Shown here in pieces: positions 37,313-51,475 of a stretch of 64,000 nucleotides of DNA (position 1 is the first letter of the stretch; each line of letters starts with the position of its first letter). The notes beneath the pieces were generated by a model, which had not been told where the DNA came from, made no database searches, and saw only the letters and a list, made by a program, of their open reading frames with translations. Position numbers and translations under genes: made by a program. Source of the DNA: Eledone cirrhosa (Eukaryota); assembly GCA_964016885.1 (NCBI GenBank), contig OZ024742.1, positions 119,970,001 to 120,034,000 on the forward strand, given 5' to 3'.

Positions 37313-39961
37313 CTAAAAAAAAACAAATACAAAAAAAATTCATTTTCAAATTATACAACAAAAGAATAGAAGAGTTGATAACTAGTTCAATAAATAACTA
37401 TCAAAGAGATAGAAGGAGGCAGAAAGATAATCCATTAATTTTTACCATTGACACAAATTGTTTTATCTCTGGCATAAAGCAATACTGCAGAAGACCCACC
37501 TTCCCATGTGTACTGGTTGAAGCAAACATCTAGTGGTCTCTGGTATGTACCACTTCTCCCCCTCTCCCTTCCATACACCTGTCATGTCTGCACCCTTCAC
37601 CAGCTAGGTACCCCACCCCTAGACATATCTCACCAATCCTCAGCCTACAAACATGCACCTCCACTCCTACTTTCCACATCTCATGCACCTCTCTTGACCA
37701 ACCCATGCATACAAGCATGGAATGCTGAACATGCTCTCCCACAATGCTGCTGAAATAGCTAAAAACTCTCAATTCCCCCTGTATGGTGGTTATGCTGGTG
37801 ACACAACAAAAGTTTACCATATAAGGTGCCCATGTTGGTGTCATGACAAAAGAGCATCTAGGCCTCCCTGCAAAATAGTTGTGTTGCTGATGTGGCAGAA
37901 GGCATGCAGTCCACCCAGTGGAATGGTCATGTTGGTGATGCAACAAAGGGTGCACTGTAAGGTGTTTGTGATGGTGACAACAAAAAGCACCCAGTCCACA
38001 CTGTAAAGTGGTTGGCATTAGGAAGAGAATCCAGCCATACAAACCATGTCAGAAACAGTCATGTCTGAGCAAGACTGTCATCTGTTGTGACTTGTCTCAT
38101 AATGGGACAACATGTATAACCCATGCTAGCATAGAAAAATAGATGTTAAATGGTGATGATGATGATGAGAAAGAACAGCAGACAGATTTAAGCCTTTACC
38201 ATTTACATTACTCTATATTACTATCATATTTTCATGGTAAAGGCATTACCTCACATAATATTGAATCTATGTGATTTTGATATTATTTATTTTGAGAACA
38301 ACACCTTAACATCAGTATGAGCAGCCGGGTACAGCCAGTTTAAATGCTAAAGAGTTATAGAAGGCATCTTTTATATAATAATGTAGGATTTAGAAAAAAA
38401 AATTTACAGGGAACCTGATGATCATCCACCATTTAACACATATTTTCATGCATGGGTTATAGAATGTGTGGACAACAATTATGAAGAGGAAATTAACTTT
38501 TCTTTTTAGACATCTGTTCATTTATTGAATACTTTCGATTTGTATTTGTCATGGACTAAATGAAAACTTGTAAATGAAAATATTTTCATCACACCATTTT
38601 ATGTTGATAATGAATAATGTCAATCTAGATAATGAATAATGTCAATCAAGATAATTTCATTGATTTTATACTGAAACATCATTTCTATTACTATGAACTG
38701 ACTGGGGAAAAAAAAAAATTAATTCAAAAAAGAAATTGCATCATCATATAATTGTAAAATTGTAATCTACACCTTCAAAAATCTCTCTGCAAAATCTCAT
38801 TTAAAAAGAAGCATTATTAAAAAAAAGTTAGGAGGAAAGTAATTTTGGTTGGTTGGGGTTGAGGCTTTGGGGTAGCACTAAATTGTAGTTTAGTGCACCC
38901 AGTATCTTCTGATGAGATGAGACAAATGTGATAGCTAACTTATACATACACACATATATATGATGTACACATTCACAAACATCATCATCATCATTTTTAT
39001 GTCCATTTTTCCACACTTACCATTCAAATATATATGTGTGTGTGTATAGGAAAAGAGTCAGGACCCCAACGGCTGAGCTCCAGCTGTTTCGACAGCTAGA
39101 TCTGACAGGAGTTCAGAACTAGCTGTTGAAACAGCCGGAGGGGTCCTGACTATTTTCCTATTACCCACTCTACTACCCATAGTATCGAGTACTCTGGTGT
39201 GTTATGGTCTAACTGGTTCCTTACCACACTTCCTTCGTTATGTGTGTATATATATATATATATAAATACACACACATTATATACATACAAACATATATAT
39301 GTACACATATGTATAGAGTGTTAAATGACTTTACATATGTATGAGTGCTTATACACATGTATGCCTAAACACACATACCAATGTGTGACTTTTATGAACC
39401 TCTCTTACTTTATTGCACAGCTATCAACTTGGCACATTGCCCATACACATCTGCAGATGCATACAGACACAATAAGCCCTCAAATAAAGATATGTTCTAA
39501 TGCAGACCAACTATCTTCATACACTGACCAGAAGGGACAAAAACACAATTATATTTTATTTACCTCCATCAATGCTTTTTCACTTATTTCCCCCCTTTTA
39601 TAATTCTTCTTTTTTCCATTTCTTTTTTTTTTTTAAACACATGTCTGTGTCCCATTTTCTTCTCTTATGCAAGAATACTCTCTTTTCTCTGCTTTATTTT
39701 CAGATGAAAGATTAGTACCTGAAACTCTTTTCCAAATCTATCAAGCTTTAAACTAATGTAACCTCTAGGTTTTCGTCTTGACTTTTCTTTTACACACACA
39801 CACATTTCCTCTCACTATATTTAGTCAGAGGAGAAAGAGCAGCACTCATGACCTTTGCAAACCCTCCAAAACTGGTGAAGTTGATGCAATTGTTGATCAG
39901 TTAGAACTTCTCTAAGTTGATACATCGAACATATGATGACATCAATATAAAATTCACTTAC

Positions 39962-40079
39962 TCGGAATGACATCTCCAAATTTTCACCACCCCAGATATC
40001 CATTCCTTCATCATAGGAACCAATTTCATAGAAATAATCTCTTTCAATGGCAAACAGTCCACCTGCCATGGTTGGAGTC
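39962..40079 (-). CDS. GALNT1: GALNT exon, Gal/GalNAc-T motif: [39 protein letters not shown]
   Basis: ORF 39821..40069. Acceptor ttgcag|, donor |gtaagt, 118 nt, phase 2-0. Contains the WGGENLE motif. Confidence 0.96.
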
Positions 40080-40557
40080 CTGCAATAAATAAAACATAAT
40101 TAAAAGCAAGGTAAATAGCCTTGTGTACTACAGAAAATAAGGAATTTAGGTAATGGATTTGGATACATAAATACATGTTGTCCAAGTTTTCATCTTTTCT
40201 AGGGATCTCACATTCACAATATAAACATCCCAAACAATGGGTCTCTTCCTCACAACAGTTGCTAATCATGTACAAAGCTTAAGTGAGCTCCACAATGGCT
40301 TGCTGGCTACAGATTGGCATGGTGTTGCTCCCCAATGCACTCCAATCTCTGGCTTACAGACATTGCCTCTTCACTGATACTGTAATGGCCTCTGCTCATT
40401 AGTTCTGACTAGTCTCATGTCCCCTCTCCTCCAGGCTTAACCTCAGAAATTCTATTTCAGCTCATGTTTTTCTTGCAGTAATTCAATTTGCAGTGTTTTT
40501 CCAAAAATATCAACTGAATCCATTATACAAGTTTGTAAAAGCCTGCAAGGATCCCAA

Positions 40558-40773
40558 CCCTTTAGCATTTATATTACTCTATATATACTATTGTATTTTC
40601 TTGGTAAAGGCTTTACTTCACATAATTATCAATATAATATTGAATCTATGAGATTTTGATATTATTTTGAGTACAATACCATGACATCAGTATGAGCTGT
40701 CAATTACAGCCGGTTGGAACAGAAAGAGGTGAGAGAATTCTGGCCGGATACGGCGAGTTTAAATGCTAAAGGG
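40558..40773 (-). mobile_element. piggyBac-type MITE, opposite orientation
   Basis: CCCTTTAGCATTTA TIRs with TTAA at the right end. Reverse complement of the 47618 copy. Confidence 0.82.
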
Positions 40774-42096
40774 TTAAAGAATATAAGTATTAGACTGATT
40801 AATATCAACCATTCAAGACTTTAACTTCATTTTTTATGGAAAGTCAGCTTAGCAGACCAATTCATCTCAAAAAAGAGAAAAGTTGAATCTGGCTGTGTAC
40901 CCTGTTACTGGTGATGCAGTGTGTTAAAAGCCAATACAATTAACTCTCAGACAAGCAAACCAACGACCTAGCTGCAAATATATACTGCAGTGTAGAAACA
41001 ACTTGCTATTGTATGCTGAGCACTTCATCAGCTAAAAGTGTTGTCATGGCTTACTGTAGCAAGTTGCTTCTATACTGCAGAGAAGCTAGAGTTAATTCAA
41101 TTCACTAGGGACACAATGCAGTGCCACTAATAACATACAAATTGCAGACCACCGTGTTTTCTTTCTGGTACTTTAGAAATATATTTATCAAGTTAAAATA
41201 TATATATAAATAATTCGAGATATTTTTTTTATCAAACCCTTCATGAAAATAACTTTTCATTAAAAATAATTTAATATTTATGAAAAATAACCAATAACGT
41301 TTCTAATTCTAAAATGATTTTATTTACAAAAACATTTTACTGATTTTCATTAAGCTATAAATCATCTACGTTACTGTGGTAGAGCTAGTCATGGTAGTAA
41401 ATTTGAAAATATGAGTCTAAACTAAGAATAATCCAACCTACAAACTATAAAACCTAAATTTTACTACAATTCAATGGCTGTGAAGCTGAATGAAGACTGT
41501 AAGAATTGCATCAACTCTAAATTTGCATGCCATTAGAATTAGTTGGTTGATCTGTGAAATATTATGCTTCTTGGAGTATTAAAAAGATACCTGTGCAGAT
41601 GTCTTTGTTTTGTGGAGCAGGCAAGAGCTGACACAAAGACATTGAATACTTGATTCAGTCACTCAGGAAACCCAACAATTGACATATGTGAGAAATTTTC
41701 AATGTAAATAAAGACATTTTTCATTCATCCAATCACAGTCAAGCTCCTCTTAAAAGCCAAGATGATTTGACCACCCTGAGAAGTATTGCTGACATTAGTT
41801 CTAGAGGGAGAGCGGGAGCACTTTAAAGATTTTTCATGTTAAACTATATGATTTGAAGGGAATCTTATAAAACAGCCGATTGATAACTCCCTGAACAAAT
41901 ACCAACTCCTGGTTTAGTCATGCTGGGAGCAAGATAACTTTTCTGATGCTGGTGAATAAAAAAACAGAGATAACAGAAAGTAAAAAGGATTTTTTAGTCC
42001 TGCAAGAGACCAAACAAATCTGTAGTACTGAAACTATAATAAAATGCACCAAGTACACTCTGTAAAAAGGTTGGTAATAAAATGTGTAAAAATCTA

Positions 42097-43349
42097 CAGG
42101 GCGCGGACGATATTTGTTCGCAAGATTACTGTCTAGGAAAAAATAACACAGTAGTTTTATTTTTTAAGATATATTTATCAAACTTGGGTCAGTTTGTCTT
42201 CATGACTTGTTCTTTCGATCTCACTCGATAAACCCACCATTGACTTTGATGACGGCCTTCGTCACTGTCCCCCGACTTAGGCCCCTAAAGGCACTTGTGA
42301 TCCTGGCCTTCAGATCGTCTTTCGTATTGCAGCTAGATCTGTTGGTGTCTTGTTCCACTGCGCCCCACACAAAGAAGTCGAGGGGGTTGCAGTCAGGCGA
42401 GCTAGGAGGCCAGATGTCAGGTGAAGTGTGGTTGACAAAGTTCTCTGACAGCCAGATTTGGGTCTTTCGGCTGGTATGGCAGGGCGCTGAGTCTTGCTGC
42501 CACACGTACGGCCTACCTGCAGCTACCTCGTCGATCCAGGGCTTTACTACCTCGCTCAGAACGCGGATGTAGCCATCGGTGTTCAGCCTGAGGCCCTCAG
42601 AGAAGAAGTGAGGTGGTGTGACGTCACCTTGACTGCTGACGACACCTAAGACCAATGTTGTCACTGGAAACTTTGTCTGCATGAGACAGCGAGCTACCTG
42701 TTGTTCTGAGAGTTGATCTTCTGGTCTTGGCAGAAGTTTTTCTCGTCGGAGAAAAACCACAGCATGTCTGGCTCCAGTGGGTGTTTCAACTTGTTGATCA
42801 GCTTCTTTGCGTGCTTCAGTCGCTTTTCTTGCATCGCCTTTGACAGAAATTGCCCTTTCCTCATCTTGTATGAAACATAGTGAATGTCTTCATGTACCAC
42901 CAGCCTAATGAGCTTTTCATCCATGCCTTTCTCCCTTGCAATGGCACGCATCGACTTGCTAGGTTCATTGTTGATGATATCCAGAACTTCAGCGACGAAC
43001 TCGGGCATTCTGAAGGTGTCAGATTGTCGATCATGTGTTTTCCTCTCTGATATTGCTTCGTAGTCGAATCCTGAATCTTCCAATTCCTTTCCGACTTTTT
43101 CCACCATTCTCCTGCTGACGCTGGGAAAGTCTGAAATTTCCTTATTTGTCCTCCTGGAACGGATTCCAAGAAGAACTCCGTGTCTCTTCCACAAATTTGG
43201 AGGTTCAAAATTATTCATAATCAATTATTCTGAAAATAAATAATGGCAATATAGTCACTGTTTTTTGAAGATAAGAGTGACAATGGAAGTAAAAAAATTT
43301 GCATAAAATTAGCAGTTGAAAATTGCGAACAAATATCGTCCACACCCTG
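42097..43349 (-). mobile_element. Tc1/mariner DD37D (maT family) DNA transposon with a frameshifted transposase
   Basis: 27-bp TIRs CAGGG(C/T)G(C/T)GGACGATATTTGTTCGCAA with flanking TA duplications (42095-96, 43350-51). ORFs 43224..42694 and 42760..42221 carry FSDEK, QQDSAPCH and SPDCNPLD, with 37 residues between D2 and D3. Confidence 0.93.
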
Positions 43350-43423
43350 TATAGAAACCATGTCAAGAATTGAATGTACAAATGAGACAGTATACAAGTG
43401 CATGGGAGAGAAAATATATAATA

Positions 43424-43486
<63 letters not shown>

Positions 43487-43864
43487 TAGTTTTTTTCTGC
43501 TGTGGTCATTTCTTTTTGCTAATACCACTGATGTTCTGAAGAAAGGCAAGCATGTCACAGGATTTCTTTTCTTCTCTCCTATAAATATGTGCCCATTGAA
43601 TTTGTGTAGATGATTATTAGTTTGGCTAAAATATCACAATGTTTATTGAGTAATTTTGTCAAAATATTGTCTAAGTAAACCCCAGTATGAAGCTGGTATT
43701 TTTGCTATTGAATCTGGAGAGATGAAATATAATATCTATTAAGATGAAAACTGAGTTTAGAACAAGGAAGTTAGCTGATAAGAAATATAAAGCAATTTGT
43801 TTTAAAAAAATATTTGAGTAATATAAGAAATAAGTATCTCCACCCAAAAAACAGATATATAGAA

Positions 43865-44137
<273 letters not shown>

Positions 44138-44362
44138 TGTGTATGTCTCAACTCACTGAATATTCTGACATATTTTCAAAAAGAAAATCTAAAATTAAGA
44201 ATAAACAATTAATGTCTAAAAAGTGAAATAGGTTATCTTATTTCATTTTCAGAAATCATCTTACAAAAGAAAAAGCAAAATATTGTTATCTTAAATTACA
44301 GTTACAATATTTGTTTTTAGTGCTTCACCTTTAAAAATCAGATAACACTTTAAATAACTTAC

Positions 44363-44533
44363 TTGGTCGGTAAAGCACGGTCACCATCTCTTCTCTGCAT
44401 CTCTCTTTGTGGTACAGGATACCATCTGAAGTTTAGCTTCCAGTTAAAGCCACCCCAGGTCATATCAGAACCAGTGATGTATTCAAATGTATCATCACTA
44501 ATTACATCAATTATTGGACAAACAACAGATTTC
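44363..44533 (-). CDS. GALNT1: GALNT exon: [58 protein letters not shown]
   Basis: Lies within ORF 44359..44589. Acceptor ctctag|, donor |gtaagt, 171 nt, phase 2-2. Closely resembles vertebrate GALNT1/13. Confidence 0.96.
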
Positions 44534-46369
44534 CTAGAGGAAAAACAAAGAAAACAACAATTTTGGTAAACAAAAACAATAAAATGCATTGAAAACTGTA
44601 GAGAGGGTTGTCTTATTAGTAGCCATTTTAATTAATCTTCTGATTCTCTTGGGAAAGAAATATCATATATCACATTCACCCTACAAATCAATTAAAATTG
44701 ACTACATGTTGAGATGCCTATATTGAATATGTAGGATAGACAAATATTTATCCCAGCAATTGACTGAGTATGGGGGATAGATAAATATTTTTCCTTTATC
44801 ATTTTGAGAAAATGGCTGCATAGATAAGGGAGTGATTTTTAACTAGAAAGTTATGATAATGGATACCCCCCCCCCCCCGCCCCCCTGAATTTGTCACCTG
44901 TCATTTAACAAGCTTTTGGCCAAACTCACTCATATAGTTGACAGTAGTAGTAGTAGAACAAGTAAGAACAGATATAATGACTATTAAGTAAGAGTACAAA
45001 ACTAGTATGAAATAAATTCTTTTCAATCGGTATTTCTGCTTACAACAAAGAATGAAATGTTATGAAGATATTTCAAATGGTATAGAATGTTTATGATAAC
45101 GTTTTTAGGCCAATCACTTACCACAAAAAGCTAGCCTGTTGTGGGGAGAGTGTATATTATCTACTGGTTATAACTCCTGGCAGAAACATCACAACTTTAC
45201 AAGTGAGAGGTGTGGGTGGGATTTGAACTCAAAACATGCATATACTGCAAAGCAACCTATCTGATTCTTTAACAATTCCACCAATCCACTGCCCCTGGGT
45301 TCTTTATTAACCCTGAAAGGTTGGAAGGCCAAGTTAACCTAGGCAGTATTTGAACACAGAGTCCAGAGAACCAGAACAAGTATCAAAGAATATATTCTGA
45401 CACTAACAACTCTACCAATTTGTCACCTATGAAATAGATATTTTGTGGTTAATCTCTGAGAAGTCAAACACTTTTTCTGATAATGAATGTATTACTATCA
45501 TGCCCATATTCTAATGTTAACATTTCAATGAAAGGATGCTACTGAACTACATTCATCCACTTGATATAGTTCTATCCAGTGGGAGATTTGTCTTTTAGCC
45601 ACATAACACCACAAAAATCAGATTTAAGTACTGGCCCAGTAAACTGCGAAGAGCACTATTTCATTATTTCTTTTTTTTTCTTTTTTTACTGATTTTACAG
45701 CCATGTTGAATTACATCCTTTTAGTCAATCATGCCAATCCCAATGCTTATTTTTTCAAATCTGGTATTTTATCAATTAGTTTTTGTTGAACCACTAAGTT
45801 ATGGGACATGAACACAGTCACACGTAAACACTGACATGGTCACATACACACATACATGATAGGCTCCTGGAGATAGAGCATACCAAATTTTAATCACAAG
45901 GCAATGGCTAACCCAAGGCTATAGTAGAAGACACTTGTCCAAGGTGTTGTGCAAAAGGATTAAACCTGTAACTATGTGGTTGTGAAGCGAACTCCTTAAC
46001 CAAATAGCAAAGGGGTCATCTCTTTGTTTAATTAAGATCTGGTCAAACTCTTTGTTCCAAGTCTTTTACCATTATTACATAGCATTTCCTCATCCAAATA
46101 GATCTGCCATCTATTCTTATAGTATGTTTATAAAACACAACACACACATAAATACATTCCTTTTACATGCACTGATTAATAGTTTTGATAACCAGTTGTT
46201 TCCTCGATGCATCCACATTTAGTCTTGTATATATTTAAGTAATACCGTTCTTTAGATTTACACAAACAAAAATCAAAACCATCAAAATGAATGTTATTGA
46301 TATATAACAGGCATTAAATCTTGATGATGATGAGTGTGTGCCTACACACACTCACATTCATATGTGTGT

Positions 46370-46605
<236 letters not shown>

Positions 46606-47617
46606 AAGAGGCAAATTTTGCTAGAAAGCAATTAATAAAAATGATTTAAATTTGACAGTAAAGAACAACTGATTTAACAACAATAACAGACATTACCCAC
46701 AAATAATTCTATTTCAATGACAAATCTTCATATTTGCATTCATATCACACCAACATTATGATATAGTTATTTCGGTCATTCAAGTCATCTTTTGAAGCTA
46801 TTTAAGCCAGCAACATAATCTAACATTGTTATTCAAACCACAGAAGCAATATAAACAAGCCAGACTACTTATTCTACCTTACTTATGGATTTGTCTTAAC
46901 AATGCATTGGCTCTTTCTGTTTCATGACAGTAGAATTCTTTCACAGAATGCATCAAATTTCGGAATTAATATCATTCTCCAAGACATATTACAGATTAAC
47001 ATTTCCATGGAAAACATCAAGAAAGAGACAAGACCACACCAGACCAATAATAATAATATTTTGCAAATCACTTCACATCAATGTATAATACTGCACTCAG
47101 AGAATAATATTCTACTAATCTCTTTGAGAACACTATTCACTAAAATAAGCTCCAGTTTAGCCTACTTTTATTCCTCTATCATGTATTATCCCACCTACTT
47201 CTACTGGCCTTTCTATTTATCATTCTTCATTTCATTTTCATTGTTTGCCACAGCAAGCATATTTAACACTTAAGGCATACCTACAAATAATAATCCTCAT
47301 CCTTTAATAAACTGCCACAGCTAAATAAAATAATTGAAATACTTCAAGGAAATGTTAAAATATCAACATTCCTGCTTCTTCAACCTTTTAACATGTCAAG
47401 CAGAAAGACACATTTTATGAAGCAAAGGGCAAAAATAAGATTCAAAAGTCGACTATCCAAGAATTAATGAGGATAAAATTCACAAATAATGAGATTCTCT
47501 TCAAGAAGTCAGTTTGATAAATTATACTCTTCTTCTGTATGTATCTCTCTGTCACATATATAATACAGCAGAGTGGAAATAAAATTCTGCTTTGCAGCCA
47601 CATGGATTCAAATTTAA

Positions 47618-47824
47618 CCCTTAGCATTTAAACCAGCCATATCCGGGCAGAATTCTCTCACGGCTTTCTGTTCAAACCAGTTGTAACTGGCCACTCATAC
47701 TGATGTTAAGGTATTGTTCTCAAAATAAATAATATCAAAATCTCATAGATTCTATATTATGTGAGATAAAGCCTTTACCGTGAAAATACAACAGTATATA
47801 TAGAGGAATGTAAATGCTAAAGGG
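47618..47824 (+). mobile_element. piggyBac-type MITE
   Basis: TTAA|CCCTTAGCATTTA ... TAAATGCTAAAGGG|TTAA. Confidence 0.85.
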
Positions 47825-48134
47825 TTAATCCAACTGTACAGCACTTTTTTTTATACAGTAGCCATGGGCCAACCAAAGCTTCATTTCACTTATTGCATTT
47901 GTGCACAATAATGTCACAAATGTCATGTAGTCTTTGGAATTTATGCTAAGAAATTTACATAAAACAATGAGGTACTTGCACAAATTTAGAACAAAACCAC
48001 CTTAAAAAATAAAATAAAATTTGAAAAAATTAATAAAAATGAAGGGGCAATTAAATTGACATTGATATGATTGTATATGTCATCAACCAATGGCAGTGGG
48101 TATAGTTTCCTGGGTATAATTAAGTGGCACCTAC

Positions 48135-48237
48135 CGATTTTTATGAATTTCTGCAATTAAAGGTTCTAGCCAACCAGGGGAACACTCACAGTGTGCATCA
48201 AGGAATGTTAATATACTACCATTAGCTACAGCAGCAC
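48135..48237 (-). CDS. GALNT1: GALNT exon with DxH metal-binding motif: [35 protein letters not shown]
   Basis: Acceptor ccttttag|, donor |gtaggt, 103 nt, phase 1-2. [14 protein letters not shown] is diagnostic of the family. Not in the ORF track. Confidence 0.95.
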
Positions 48238-48381
48238 CTAAAAGGAGAGAATCGTATATATTATACATACAATAAATATACAAGAATAATAAAGGAATTT
48301 AAGGCATTTTGTTAGTCTTACAACATGTTTCAACAAAGGAAATATGAAATATGGTAATTGGAAGAATTATAGGAATAAATA

Positions 48382-48428
<47 letters not shown>

Positions 48429-51268
48429 CATTTTGTATATTGGATAATATACAGGATATTTATGAAAAACATTTGAAAGCCTTTCGCTATGAAATTTTAA
48501 GCTTGTGAACATCATCACATACCTAGCCTCAGCAAAAAAGGAAGAAGTAATTGACAATGCCATTGTTTCTCACTTGGTAGTGTTTATCAAGACTATATAC
48601 CTTCCTGTTTCTGTTGAGGCTAAAGTGAGCTAGAATCTTATAGATTTTTGTTTATGTTTATGAGCTGATGAAACTCATTTGCATTCGGAGCAGTAGCTGG
48701 TCAGGCTTAAATCAAAATATTTGTATTGGTGCTCCTAATTTAAGTCTGGACATATTGGACAACATGGAGCATATGGGTTTGGTGCCAGAAATGAAGAAGG
48801 ATCCATGGCTGGGATGCTAGTCTGTGGCAGGAATAACACTCAGCTTCAGCTGCTACTTATTTACAGCTGAGTAAACTAGAGCAAAATGAAATGAAGTGCC
48901 TTGCTCAAGGTTACAAAGCACTACTCAACATAAAAATTGCACCCATGACTTTATGAATGTGAGCCCAACACAATAACCACTAAGCTATGCTAGAGAGAAT
49001 ATATTAATCTATTAAGAACTATAAACCATACAAGTGTTTCAATACATTGACATTTACAAGACAGTTATACAAATGTAAGGTATTATTTAATAAATTATCA
49101 CATACACACACATACATGTATACACATATGTATGTAGATATAAAAACTGAAGCTTACTAATACTTTTGACATTATTTAATTGATGATAGCAACAATTGCT
49201 TTGAATTTGAGTAACATAAGGAAATATTTGTGAACTTCTAAACTGAATAATGTGCATTGTTGCTGTTGTTAAACCATAGGTCATCACTGATCCTAGAGAC
49301 CAAAGATCAAACCCATTTCAGACATGACCATCTTGTTTTTTTTTTTTTTATTTTTCTCAGACACAATATATCTAGGATGATATTACCCATTGTGTTCTCT
49401 TTTCTAAAAATGGCAAGGTGTCATTGTGAGGGAAATTTTATTTGGCTAATATTTCTAACAGGCTGTACAATATTGAAAGACATTGTTCTAAACACAAAGA
49501 TGACAGTCTAAAATTCCAATAATTTCTAAATTCAGTTTCTCTATGTAAATGAGAAATTAATGTGGATACAAAATGTATTAACATAAAAGTTATGAGCCAC
49601 AAAGAAAAATGAATGGAATTTATGAAATTTTGTGAAATAGGAAATAGAAATTATTAGAACAATTTAGCATAAAACTTTATTTGATTGAATAGAATTGTTT
49701 AATATTGTTTTTATTACCACAATGGTTGGAATATATTGTAATAAAATATAACAATAGCACATATCAGTAGAACATATGTTATATTATATCTAGATGATAA
49801 ATGTCTTAATACTTGTGGTAATGGTTCTTGTTTTTTAATTATAGATAGCTTGGTCTGATTACAAAGCCATTAAATGAAAACACTGCTGCTTGATCATAGA
49901 ATTGTGGCAGTAGAACACCAACTTAAGAACTCAGAAATTGCTTATGTCACTATATCAAATTGGGTTATAAATTTGTGATGCTGAGATTGACAGTGTTGTA
50001 TTACACTATATGAGAAAGTCACATAGAAGATTTCATACAAAAGACCATCCATGTAGCTGAATGTGTAGTAAGTAGAAAATAACAAAATACTATGACTACT
50101 AATCAACTTAGTATGTGTAATGATATATGATTTACTTATTTAACATACATAAAATATATACAGACAGAAACCTAACAATGAGAAACCATGCAAGATAATT
50201 TCAAATAATTTCATATGATAATGCATATAGAGAGCAGACTTCAAGTGGTTTAAAATAATGAGGTAGGGGAGGAGGAAAACAGTTAATTGAACTTCCTCCA
50301 CATCATGCAATATTCATAGCCAGTCATGTCATTTCTTAAACAACTATTAACGCACTATTTAGGTGACAGATTACAAATAAAACCCTTACCAGTTAAAACA
50401 TAACTCCTCTTTCACTTTCCCATTTTTATACACTATCAAAATGTTATGATTTTCCCCACCAACATCAGAAGCATTGGCATGCCCCAATCTTGATTCTACT
50501 CACCACTTCCTGAAACTCCATGTATTTTACAAAAACAAACATCCAATATCATAACCATTTATGTCAACTTTCCTCACTGTACATTCTATATCACCTTCAA
50601 CTAAAACGTGGAATTTATGGCTAATATGCAATCTATAATTCTCACCACATGTTTAGTGACCTGATTAAACAAAGAAAATTAATGTTTTTCAATTATCTCC
50701 TTCAGCTTCTTTAACACAATATTCTGTGAATATTTCAACACCAGAATTTGTTTATCTTATTTAGTGGTGAATTGGTCAAAGCTTCAGATTAAGTGCCTTG
50801 GGTATTTGTTATGGTTTTCTCCACTGGAGTTCAATTCCCACTGAGGTCAACTTTGCATTTCATCCATTCTAAATAGATAAAATTCCATTCCAAAGGCGAT
50901 GGATTGATGGAATTGTTAACGAGTCAGGTGGGATGGATGCTTTGTGGTATCTCATTTGGCATTATACATTCTGAGTGCAGATCCCACCTCTTTCTGCCAG
51001 AAGTTGTAACTGGCAGATAGTATCAACAATGGAAAAATAGTTTCCTTGGTCTCCTCTGATGACTGGCTCCTCTCCTTTTTGTTGCTTTGAAATCTTCAAA
51101 GAATTCACTTTGCGAAAATCTCACTCAAACGTTTAACAGATCTTTACATTTTACTCCTCCTAAATACCAGATATGCAGCTCAACAGAATATGAAATCTGG
51201 AATCTTTAAATGACTTGTGTTAGCTGAACACCCTGTCCCTGCTTCTTTTTCCAGATCACCTATCTTAA

Positions 51269-51475
51269 CCCTTTAGCATTTACATTACTCTATATATACT
51301 ATTATATTTTCATGGTAAACGCTTTACTTCACATAATATCGAATCTATGAGATTTTGAAAGTATTTATTTTGAGAACAATACATTAACATCAGTTTGAGT
51401 GACCAGTTACAGCCAGTTTCCACAGAAAGAGGTAGAGAATTCTGGCCAGTTTTGGCCGGTTTGAACATTAAAGGG
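51269..51475 (-). mobile_element. piggyBac-type MITE, opposite orientation
   Basis: TTAA|CCCTTTAGCATTTA ... TAAAGGG|TTAA. A further degenerate copy lies at about 38190-38356. Confidence 0.85.
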
